A stretch of DNA of 63,988 nt, filler included, from Choristocarpus tenellus KU-1152 (taxonomy: Eukaryota > Protista > Phaeophyceae), in assembly GCA_964200185.2 (NCBI GenBank). It is 8 parts of 8 records of this genome, joined end to end, with 100 filler letters (N's around TTAATTAATTAA, not from the genome) between each part and the next. Parts side by side here need not be neighbours in the genome. Positions count along the whole stretch, not along the records: positions 21,241 to 37,952 come from CAXNAD020000787.1; positions 38,053 to 42,883 come from CAXNAD020012897.1; positions 42,984 to 47,259 come from CAXNAD020015330.1; positions 47,360 to 56,192 come from CAXNAD020004280.1; 4 more parts are not named here. One strand, given 5' to 3'. Below the pieces are notes generated by a model. It was given only the letters and a program-made list of their open reading frames with translations, searched no databases and had not been told where the DNA came from. The translations under genes and the position numbers were made by a program. Of the stretch, positions 37,747 to 48,306 are shown one piece after another. Position 1 is the first letter of the stretch. Every line of letters starts with the position of its first letter.

Positions 37747-39516
37747 GTGAGCAATTGTGCAGCCTAGCGCATCTTATCTCTCCACAGTGTGGTCAAGCAC
37801 CAAATTGAACAAGAGCCGGTACTCTCTTAAAAGGTTTCCTTCTCATTCACCTGCGATCCACATGGAGCTCAATATGTAATTGATTGTGTTTCTCTGTTGA
37901 CCCAAAGTATCTGGGAGGGGGGGGGGGTTTAGCACAAAGAGAATGGCAAGGCNNNNNNNNNNNNNNNNNNNNNNNNNNNNNNNNNNNNNNNNNNNNTTAA
38001 TTAATTAANNNNNNNNNNNNNNNNNNNNNNNNNNNNNNNNNNNNNNNNNNNNATAAGAGCAATTTTCCTGGTCAGGGCCCGAATGGACACCCTAGTGGTG
38101 ACCCCCCCCCCCCCAGATACTTTGAGTCTTTACCGTCCAATGTAACATAACACATCAAATTTCTTCGTTGCTGCCTGACCTATGTCAAACACAAACCTGT
38201 GCATGGTTGCCCTCCCAACATCTAACCTGGGTCGGCGCGTAAATCCTTTTCATCTGCGTACGGTATTGGTGCGTTCTCATATTCAGTATTCCTTTCATGT
38301 CGGCGGGGTTTACTGTTCGACGCATGATCACAAATAGCAATCTCCACGGAAAACACTACACCATCCTCATGACGACAACAGCGCTTTGCCCTTATCATTT
38401 CACGTTTGCCTAGCCCACGCATGGGCACGAACCTCGCACTCCCTACATATCCCGTCATCATTGATCACATACTCTTATCACTGTTTATACAACAATATCC
38501 TTGCTGCCATCGCCTTACAATATGATATCCTTCTCGTTTGCTGATATCGTTGCCATAAAATATCTCTCCCTACTTTCACAGGCAGTTTGCCGGAGGCCCA
38601 AAGAAACCTGAAGAGGAAAAGACGACAGAGTTGATCATGTCTAACCTCAGCGCAACCCGTACGATCGACCTGGCCACATCTGCCTTCTTTTCCCAGAGGT
38701 ACAATGCCAATCTCCTTGACAAGGATAGGGTAGAGTCCATGTTTTCAACGCTGGGCCCGGACCCACAGGTCACCGCCGATAAGCTCGCGGGAATCCTGAG
38801 TGGACAGCCTTTCTCTTTGTGCTCGAGATGGAAAACCATCTATAAGTTCAGGGCTGACGTGCGCAGGGCAAAGGTACCCCCTGATGTGCCCGACGGCAAG
38901 CTGCTCGTGCACTACATTGCCAACGGCAACCTGGAACTAGATGAGGATGTCGACGCTAGGGATCCAGACGACGATAATGTCTTGTTTGTCTGAATGGACA
39001 ACATAGGATGATGCTTCTGAGGATCATCGAGTGTGTGGCGAAGGAGGATAATATCCCATGTGGCATTATCCTCCCAGCCCACGTCACGATGCGATGGGCC
39101 TCAGTCGTCGGAGCGAACCTCCAGATAGGCGAGCACAGGAGGTTCATGTGGAAGATATTTCTAAACTGCAATTGCAAGAAGGCTCAATCGATATCCATAG
39201 GAGAGAGTGTGGTGGCCAGCAGATCACACGTGCCCAACATCCTGGAAATATTCCATTGGATGGTGTGTTGGATTGCAGCTATCATGGAGTATAGGCGCGA
39301 CTTCAGGTGTGACAGGTCCCACCCCTACGTGCAGGATACGGGTGAGGACTCTGATCGTCGCACATGCAGGCCGACATTGGTAACCCCATGCAACCAATAC
39401 TGTCTAGGAGACATAGACTTCCGGAGTGCCGACGCCACATTCCAGACGGCAATAAAGAGGAGGATTTCTGCGAAAATAAAGGCATTCCTCACGGAAGCGT
39501 GGGAGGAATGAGAAGA

Positions 39517-39775
39517 GAGTGAAAGTATCTTAGAGGGTACGAGTTTTTCCCTGTTTGTCCATTTGGGGCTTGGCTTCCCACGGGTTCTTAATGATATATT
39601 ACCTATTCCAAAAAGTTTGGAGTAGGCAAAATGTATACGATATGAAAAGGTGTGTCCAGAAGAAGGATATTGACATCTCCTTAACAAATATGATAGCCAA
39701 AAATACATCAAAATCTCAACACTGGGTTTTGGTCCCCAAATGGACACGGCTCTACCCTCTGAGATACTTTGACTC
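39517..39775 (-). mobile_element. MITE family A copy, TSD AAGA
   Basis: AAGA|GAGTGAAAGTATCTTAGAGGGTA ... TACCCTCTGAGATACTTTGACTC|AAGA. Confidence 0.93.
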
Positions 39776-41221
39776 AAGACCCGCCGACCAACCTCTGCCC
39801 AGTTCTACAATTCGATCGACAACCTTGTGCAGATAGGCTCAGGAGAAGGTGAGGTTCTCACGGCTCCTTCCCAGGAAACGATTTGTGAAACGATTATGAA
39901 GCATCGCCTACTTTTCGTCGCCCATATCCATATTAATTCGGCATCGGTGATCCAACCAACCCAATCCCTTTCTTCCCCTCACTATGTTCCACCACCAGAG
40001 ACAAAAGAATTGGAGGAGATCCTTCTCGGTGTGTGGAGAGAACACAAGAAGCGCGACGGCTCCAGTGTAAGCGTGGTGCAGCCATCTCGACATGTCGACA
40101 TTCAATACCCCATCACTAATGGTCCAACAACACCATACTAACCCCTGGCTTCACAGACTGAACTTGAATTGACCTTTTATACATGTGTACCGTCATTGGC
40201 AATATGAGATACTCCATTCGCCAACAGACCTATTCACATTCCCACGTTCTTCTGTCCTGACCATGTGACCTTATCCTCCGCACACCGAACGTGCACCCGA
40301 CTAGGACAAGTTCACATGTTCACTGTGCTGCGGTACGTTAACCCGGATGCCGCCATCAAATCCCTCAAGAACTGCGGGGGGTTCACACACACCTACAGGT
40401 TGCAGGTGGGTTAAACATTCCCTACATGTCCCCACACGTCGAACCCTAAGTCCATGGGGTTCTGCTGCGCGACATGCATCCCCTGCTACCCTTCTCAGAT
40501 CAATACGTTGTTAACCCTAAATCCTTCACATCCTCAAAGCACGTTCTTTCCCGGGTTCCTAATGGAACACGATCACCCACCTATACATGTAGCTCACAGT
40601 CGACATCAAGGAGCAGCACTTCGCAAGATTTTGCTCTGATATCCTCGCTGGAGTCGGACTACCCATCCTCAGAGGGGAGACCCCCCAAGGCCATCGCTAG
40701 CGTGACATTGTGGAAGTGGCTGCGCATGTCTTCTCAGAACAGGCAGCCAAACAACTACCTACTGACGCGCTCTCATTGACGTGTGTTGTCGGGACGGAGA
40801 CATTTCCAGAGGAATGGGTAAGTCAAGCTTTGACTGTGATGATCCACCCAACGTATACATGTATATGCATATCCCCCCCTGCTGACCCTGCAACAGCCGC
40901 AATATTTACTGTCAAGTTCGTGCCTCGCGAGGCAGACACTCATGTCATACATGTGATTTACCATTCCATTATCCATGCGCTCCTCCATGACAGTTTTCAA
41001 CCACTCTAAGGGGCGTTCGGAACGAACGACCCTCAGTCGCCCCCGACCAAGGAAAGAAGAAGAGGACGCGAGGAAAAGGGAAGAAGAACAGACTAGGGGA
41101 CGGCGATCCAGACCCTGCATCTGCCACCCAGACTGAGGAAGAATGGGCATCGCAACCATGGAAAATCAAAAGGGCATACTTGAGGAGGAGAATGCACACC
41201 AAGGATGTCCTCATCAAAAGG

Positions 41222-41478
41222 GAGCCAAATTATCTTAGAGGGTACAGTCGCGTCCATTTGGGGACCAAAATCCGATTATGCAATTTTGATGTAATTTTGA
41301 CAATATGTTTGTTAGGAGATGTCAATATCCTTGTCTGGACACTCCTTTTCATAACATACATTTCACCTACTCCGAAACATTTTGGAGTAGGTTAAAAATG
41401 TCAATAAAAACCCATGGGAAGCCAAGCCTCACATGGACAAACAGGACAAGATTCGTACCCTCTAAGATAATTTCACTC
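41222..41478 (+). mobile_element. MITE family A copy, TSD AGGG
   Basis: GAGCCAAATTATCTTAGAGGGTA ... TACCCTCTAAGATAATTTCACTC. Confidence 0.9.
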
Positions 41479-41614
41479 AGGGCTGTCCTGGAGCTCGCCA
41501 TGCAGGTCATGAACGACCTCAAGAGGAAAGCTGGAGACCATAGGTTGTGAATCGACTTAGAAAGCCAGATCCATATTGACAGGATGCAGTGGTCTTCGAT
41601 TTAGGATGCAATCA

Positions 41615-41798
41615 AACCCAAAGTATTTAGGAGGGGTGGCGGCTGTCCATTTGGAGCCAATTTTTTCATGTAGCGATGTTTGTGTTGTTGGGTTGCGTAC
41701 GCTGGATGGATAATGCAAGTGCACTTTTCCTAGTTATGGTTCAAATGGACACCCTGGTGTTGGTGTTGACCCCCTCCGCCCCCCAGATACTTTGGGTC
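41615..41798 (+). mobile_element. MITE family B (about 175 bp; TIR GACCCAAAGTATCTGGGGGG / CCCCCCAGATACTTTGGGTC)
   Basis: Full copies also at 52529-52702 (-) and 55980-56151 (+). Partial copies at contig ends: 21082-21140, 21241-21259, 37899-37930, 38053-38128. Confidence 0.85.
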
Positions 41799-42128
41799 TC
41801 ACGTATTGAACAAGGTGGTCGGGTTGATGTAAGTAAGGTGTAAAACCCTTTGCTCTTTAGTGACCTGAAAGAGGTGTTGACAATTGAGCGTAAGTTTATT
41901 CAATCTTTTCAAACTCATCTGGTCCAATAATCACACCACTAGTGTTCAGTTTGTACCTTTCTGCTTGATTCCTACCTTTTCTCTGTATTATCTCTGCCTT
42001 TTTTCCAGATAGATACACCCTTTCTTTCAAATTTCATTTTTGCAATGCTTTTGACCACCACATGTCTGAGCATGTTGTATATTGTTTCCTTCACCGCAAC
42101 ATCATTACATCAGGCATCGACAAAAAAA

Positions 42129-42393
42129 GTGAGATTTCACGTCACAGAAATGCACATACTGTTACCATCAGTCAGACTAGGTACATTAAGAGTGTTTGTC
42201 AAAGATTTGGTATGGATGGGGGAAAGAAAAGGTCGGTACCCCATGATCTCTCAAGGGCTCTAGACAAGAGTGAGATCATGGGGTACCGACCTCTTCTTTG
42301 CCCCATCCATACCAAATCTTTGACAAACACTCTTAATGTACCTAGTCTTACTGTTGGTAACAGTATGTGTATTTCTGTCACGTGAAATCTCAC
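42129..42393. repeat. Long inverted repeat of Copia RT sequence (122-bp arms, 21-nt spacer)
   Basis: 42129-42250 is an imperfect reverse complement of 42272-42393. Confidence 0.9.
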
Positions 42394-42690
42394 AACCCAT
42401 ATAATACTCAATATCACCAAAATCTTCTATGGAAAACTGCTCTTTAATCCTAGAGCGAACCCAAATCAAAACATCCATTTTACCAGCTACCAAAAGATCA
42501 TCTACGTGGGGGGCTATCACAGCACAAACAACGCCATCTCTTACATAGCGTAACACACAAGGGTCTGCTCTACATTGCTCAAAACCACACTTTTCCAAAA
42601 CGTGCACCAACAGATTATTGAACTCTCTGCTTGCCTGTTTGGTACCATAAAGTGCTTTTATCAAACGTACAATCTTTCCAGACCATATTC
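42260..42690 (-). mobile_element. Ty1/Copia reverse-transcriptase fragment
   Basis: RLIKALYGTKQASREFN..CGFEQCRADPCV..HVDDLLVAG..FSIEDFGDIEYYMGCEI matches Copia RT (RVT_2) motifs LxKALYGLKQA, DPCL, YVDDL, DLG..YLG.EI. Confidence 0.9.
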
Positions 42691-42991
42691 CACACCCATA
42701 CATATAAACGTACAAAAATCTCTTCTCTGATATTGGACATGTCAAAAACACAGCAGCTTTGGCTGAAGTATTGCCTGATCTGGTGCGGTGGGGTAGGATG
42801 TTGTCTTCACCATTTCCAATGCTGAGTCGTCGTAGCTCCCTTTCACATTGGTTGTCCTGGGTTTTGTCCATCCCATCATCACCNNNNNNNNNNNNNNNNN
42901 NNNNNNNNNNNNNNNNNNNNNNNNNNNTTAATTAATTAANNNNNNNNNNNNNNNNNNNNNNNNNNNNNNNNNNNNNNNNNNNNGGTCTGGA

Positions 42992-45900
42992 ATGGGAGCA
43001 GGGGCATCAGTGGGCATGTCAGGAGACCTGCGGGTCTCAACTGGTGCAGGGGGAGTGGTGAGCTCGATGGGTAGCCAGTACCCAGCGAGTGAAGGTCTTG
43101 CTAGTGCAAGGGTTGATCACTGGCGGAAGTGGTCTGGATCGACCAGGGGTGTTAGAATAGAGCATGCCCTGGCCAGCACAGGAAGAGATAAGACAATATC
43201 GCAAGAATCAGGCAGCAGAACTGTGGGGAGGATGGCACAATGGTCGCATAGGAATCTGATGGATTTCGAGCCCTGCTCTTCCAGCTGTCTTACCTCAGTA
43301 TCTGAAAAGTGCTTCAATGACGAGTCTTGCGAAGATGGAGGGCTGGGCTGTGCCGCGTTTGGGGACCAACTATGCCGCTTCTGTGGATTTGCAGACTTTG
43401 ACTCTTGCCCTTCTACAGAACCAACCCCTGCCCCAGCACCTACCTCAACGCAGAGTGTAATGCCCACTGAGGTGCCCCGAGTCGTTTGCTCCTCATCATG
43501 CCTCACTTCAGCCACCCAGCGGTGCTATGATGACTCTACCTGTATTGTGGGGGGATTGGGGTGTAATGCCGATGGTGACTTCTACTGTCGTTTCTGCGGC
43601 TTCAATGGCTTTTTGGACTGCCCTGACAAAGTGTTGACCCCTGCCCCCAGTCCTGTCACACTGGCTCCAATGACCACATTGACTCCAGGAGTGCAGACAC
43701 CAGCTCCAAGCAGCACATTGCCTCCTGAGGCGACATTGGCTCCCTCTCCTTCGCTTTCTCCTACAGTGACCCCTCAGACTACTTTAGCTCCGGAGGTGAC
43801 TTTGGCTCCTAGAGCTACAATGGCTCCAGTATTGACACAAGCTCCACGGTCAACTCTTGCTCCAGGAGTAACATTAGCTCCTGGAGTGACACTAGCTCCA
43901 GGAGGAACTCTTGCTCCAGTAACATTGGCTCCAGGAGTGACACAAGCTCCCGGGGGAACTCTTGCTCCAGCAGTGACACTAGCTCCAGGAGGAACCCTTG
44001 CTCCAGCAGTAACATTGGCTCCAGGAGTGACACAAGCTCCGGCTGTGACCTTATCCCCCTCAGTTGCTACTCTGATCCCAGCACAGACTTTGGCGCCGAG
44101 TGCCCCAATGATGCCTTCAGAAACACCTGCTCCGGTGGTCGCTCCAACATCCTCTTCTGCGCCGACTTCATTATCAACACTGGCTCCTGCTAGCAGCGCA
44201 TTATGGCCATTAACCGTTGGCACAATCTCTATCTTGAACGTGAATGCATCGCTGATTGACAATAAGGGAGTGCAGGGCCTTGTGGCAGAGGTGAGGTATT
44301 TACACACGTTTGAGGGGGTGGGGGAGGCGTTTTTATGTGTTGGCCTTTGTGTCTACTGATAGGCGGTATTATTCTTGGGGGCAGTGTCAATGTCTGTGTC
44401 CAGGCCTGTCTTCTTTTTTTTTGACCTGGCAGTTTTCTGGCCGTGACTGTTACCATTGCGTTTTTTTTTCTTTCAAAGAATGTTGTTCCTTGAAGCACTC
44501 CGTTCATGTTGTGTCATGTAAGAAAAATTGGGGAGTGCTTGCTGCTACATTTTTTTCGGAACATAAGGGTCCATGCCATGGAGAGACCTGCAATTCAGGA
44601 CTTTCTGTGTTCGTTTCGTTTGCATCTTTTTTTTGTTATTATGCTCGTAGATACGATCTCAACCCTCCTCCGATTTTTCCCAAGATTGAGTCTGGGGTGC
44701 ATAATAACATTTTCCCGTGCGTGTCTAGCTCTCGTGTTTGAAATAAAATATTAATATTAATACACTCGTTCATGGTCTCGTCTGCGACTGACAGGCTCTT
44801 TGTGTAGTGGTGGCGTGTGAAGAAGGATCGTCGTCTATCATTGTTGAGGATTCCACTGCTTCAGATACAAGGAGGTTCCTTTCCCCTGAATTGGAGGCTG
44901 ACAGGGGGACAAGGTCGGGGGTGTGGAAAAGTCTAAGGGGGGAAGATGCTGGTGGTAGGGCCGCTGCCGGACCCAATAGCAATGGACAGGGCACAGGCCA
45001 GGGGGTGAAGAACGAAAATGTTGAGGGAGAGACTGGGACAGGGAAGGGTAATGGGTTCTTCCAATGGAGGCGTGTTGCTAGGCGATTAACAGTGGACCTG
45101 ATAGGGGTGGTGTACATCATTCCTACCTCTGAGGCAAGCATGGGGGAGGACAATGCAACTGTAGTTCCTGCTGCGGAGGCTGCTGAGACTTTCAACAGGA
45201 TGGCTGATGTGGTACGTTTGGTGGGGGTTAGGGTTAGGGTTAGGGTTAGGGTTAGGGTTAGGGTTAGGGTTAGGGTTAGGGGATATGTGGCATGTGTAAC
45301 CTATTTCTTGGTGGAAAGGAGGGGGGGCGAGGGGGGGTTCTATGCCGCGAGCTTTTTTTAATTTTTGTGTTGGTTTTATCGTTGGGTAGATGTGGTTGTT
45401 TTGAAATATTGGTGTGAATTCACAGAGGTATGCACAGCTTGATTGTACTCATGTTTTTTTTTTTTAATTTGTGTTCTTTTGAGGTTGTGTGGCAGGTGAG
45501 GAGGAGTCACTTGTATGTTGTTATTGTTTTAAACGCAGGTTGGATTTGAAGGGGGGGAAAGCTGATGATATGTTAATGGCCGTTGAGACATGATGGGTTC
45601 TGGGAAGGCCGTGTGGTGTTGCAGATGTAGGGACAGGCGTTACGTGATTTGGCACTGTACCATGTTTTTTTTTGTAGAGCAGTGACTGTTTGAGGGGAGA
45701 AGAACCATTGATACCTACACCTTGCCATTCCCCCTCCCCCCTCCAATCAGCTGCTCCCAGCAGTGCAAACCTTTCGAAATTCTGATTTAAAAAAAATATA
45801 TTTTGGAGGGAGGGGAAAAAATTGCGCTTGCAAATTTTGACATGTAAAAATTTCAATGTTTAAAAAATAAATAAATAAATATATACATACATCCACACAC

Positions 45901-46348
45901 TCTAGATATAAGTGTGACTAATTAACAAAATTAACAAAATTAAAAAATGTAGGCCCTTCCTCACGCGTGCCCCTTGCACTCCATTCCCCAACAGTCGTTA
46001 TTTTTAGAGATGGCAAAGGTGTTTGAGGTTGACCCCGAAGACCTCAGCCTGGGACAACCAATATTCGTGGGTTTTGATGGGGGTACAGGGGAGGACAGGT
46101 ACCTGGTGATTGAGAATCGATTCTCCAGCGACGACGCGAGCCTGAGCACGGCCCTGGGGGCTGTGGACAGCAGTGGCGATGGTGATGATGAGACAAATGC
46201 CTGGTCAATTTTGGCTGTTGCGGCGATCCTGGTTGTCGCAGTCTTGGTCCTGGGGTGTTGCTTATACCTTTTCATGATGATGATCTCGAGGATGCTGAAG
46301 TCCAGGAGGGGTTCGGAAGGGAATGAAGCGGGAGCCAGGGTGAACAAG
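42992..46348 (+). CDS. Mucin-like single-pass membrane protein with two GGLGC..CRFCG Cys modules and xxTLAP repeats (exons 42992 or upstream to 44290, 44795-45211, 45995-46348)
   Basis: Two C-SSSC-LT..C..D..C..GGLGC...CRFCGF...C modules, a Pro/Thr-rich stalk, phase-0 GT-AG joins, and a hydrophobic segment AWSILAVAAILVVAVLVLGCCLYLF followed by basic residues. 5' end is at the contig edge; 3' end is uncertain. Confidence 0.75.
43650..44060 (+). repeat. 18-bp coding repeat (G/A-V/G-T-L/Q-A-P)n
   Basis: GGAGTGACACTAGCTCCA-like units in tandem. Confidence 0.85.
45228..45281 (+). repeat. Interstitial telomeric repeat (TTAGGG)9
   Basis: Nine perfect units, starting 16 nt into an intron. Confidence 0.95.
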
Positions 46349-46874
46349 GTGCTGTGTGATCGTGTGTTCTTCTGAGTGTGGCGGTGCTTGATTGGTTGAT
46401 TAGTATCGGGATGCTTTGGTTTCTTGAGTTGGGCTGGGTTTGCAACTGCCATGTTGGTGCTTTGTTTCTGCTCACAGCATAGGCTGTGGGGGTCTGAAAA
46501 ATGCTAAGGAATCCTGGGTTGGTTGGTGTGTCCTGTAGACCCTTGATTTTTTTTTTTTTTAAATGACAGGGAAGTAAAAAGAAATAAAACAGACTTTTTT
46601 TTTTTAAATAGCTGTCTTGTTAGGGTCGTGTTTGTATATGTTGGGGAAAAAAAAAGAAGGGAGGGGGGGTTTTGTGGTGCGCGTGCTTGTGGGTTGAAGT
46701 GAAAATGAAAAATGTGCTGTCTCAAACAAGTAGCCCATACCATTCTAACTACATTGGTATTGATGGCTTGGGGATCCGACTATTGATGCTCGCTGAATGA
46801 GAGAGGAGAGGATGTTCATCTTCCTTCTTCTCCTTGGTTGAGAAGTGTCCGCCTGCTTGGTGGGGCTGTATGGG

Positions 46875-46916
46875 TTAGGGTTAGGGTTAGGGTTAGGGTT
46901 AGGGTTAGGGTTAGGG
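46875..46916 (+). repeat. Interstitial telomeric repeat (TTAGGG)7
   Basis: Seven perfect units. Confidence 0.95.
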
Positions 46917-47056
46917 CCGGTGGCGTTGATTGTGTGCTGGTCCTGTGGAATGGGTGGAGTGGTTTTTGTTTCCAGACTCGGTTGTTGTGAAAATATCGAC
47001 AGGAGAGGAAGGTTGGAAGACAAGGTTCATGAAGATGAATTGTCATGATGCTGCAA

Positions 47057-47214
47057 TGGGGGGGGAGGGGGAGGGGGAGGGGGGGGGGGGGGGGGGGGAG
47101 GGGGTGTGGGGGGAGGGCGGGGGAGGGGGGGGGGGAGAGGAGAGGGGTAGGGAGGTGGGGGGGGAGGGGGGGGGGGGGGAGGGGGGGGGGGGGGGTGGGG
47201 GGGGGGGGGGGGAG
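47057..47214 (+). repeat. Poly-G / GA low-complexity tract
   Basis: About 155 nt of G runs near the contig end. Confidence 0.85.
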
Positions 47215-48306
47215 TGAGAGTAGTCAAGACTGTTTGTCCAGGTATTGGAAGGAGACCGTNNNNNNNNNNNNNNNNNNNNNNNNNNNNNNNNNNNNNNNNN
47301 NNNTTAATTAATTAANNNNNNNNNNNNNNNNNNNNNNNNNNNNNNNNNNNNNNNNNNNNCGCGCACCATTTTGGGTCAAACACATCCTCCATAGTATCCT
47401 CAATTTTGGTGAGAGGCTGTTATTTTCTGAAAAAAATAGTGTTGGTAAACAATATTTGAATCATCCGTTGAACTTCAGTTGCTGCCAAATCAATGTGTAA
47501 GTTGTGAGTCACGTTTGACCCCATAACGATAACAATGCTGGAAATGGTGGAGGATGACTATCTAAACAGCAATGTGAAAGACGGACCTGTCAGGTCTAGG
47601 AATAGATTTACAGGCTCACAAACTAATGCATGAAATCTTGTCTCTTTTGATTGTCAGCATCCAAATATGAACTGATACGAGTTTGAACATACATATTTCA
47701 ATGAAAGGTAACCCACTGCTTCCTAGAATGGGTTAAGGACTGAGCAATTTTGGCAAAATTAATAATGCTTCACTGAAAAAGTACAGACCCACAGCTAATT
47801 GAACCTCAGGAAGAAACAAACTAACAATCAACACACATCATATAGAAATACCGACAAAATTGATACTCTTTACCACGCCAGGCAGTTTGCATGTTCATTG
47901 TCAATCATTTGGCTGTGATCTGGCCAGCAGTCCAGTCATGGCAAAACTTTTGATGGCAGGTAGTCACAATCAGGTACTGGCGATCTTTTCTCTGGTCCTC
48001 AAATCACTCCTCTACTTAAAATGACCAACGAATGCATGACCAGTCTTGATCAGGTCTCTTTTATATCCTTTCCAATATTTCAATACTCCACCCTAACTCA
48101 AATTGAAATGTAAGCACAAAAAGCACTGTGCTGTTCTAGCTGCACTACCTTAAGTATAACAATTCCAGCGTGTCTCTGTAAGAATAAAACGTCGTTTTCT
48201 GAATTTAAATACAGAACACCAACCAAAACAATGAGAAATATCTTTAAATACTGTTCCTCCTCCCAAAAATCATGGCTTCAAGAGATGGAGAATATTATAT
48301 ATTCAC

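Larger units (their letters stand above)
38582..41550 (+). pseudogene. Disrupted multi-exon gene of unknown function, interrupted by two family A MITEs
   Basis: GC-richer coding-like segments (38631-38993, 39008-39511, about 40313-40406, about 40599-40817, about 40994-41550) with AG/GT boundaries and in-frame stops. Removing the 41222 MITE and one AGGG rejoins ..DVLIKR-AVLELAMQVMNDLKRK.. in frame. Confidence 0.45.

Noticed and set aside
45212-45361. (VR)n extension of ORF 44807-45361 and (GL)n / (NP)n ORFs near 46870
   Set aside because: Read-through translation of intronic or non-coding TTAGGG repeats.
46930-47311. Poly-Gly and poly-Pro ORFs
   Set aside because: Translation by-products of a poly-G tract at a contig end, which may itself be partly a sequencing artefact.
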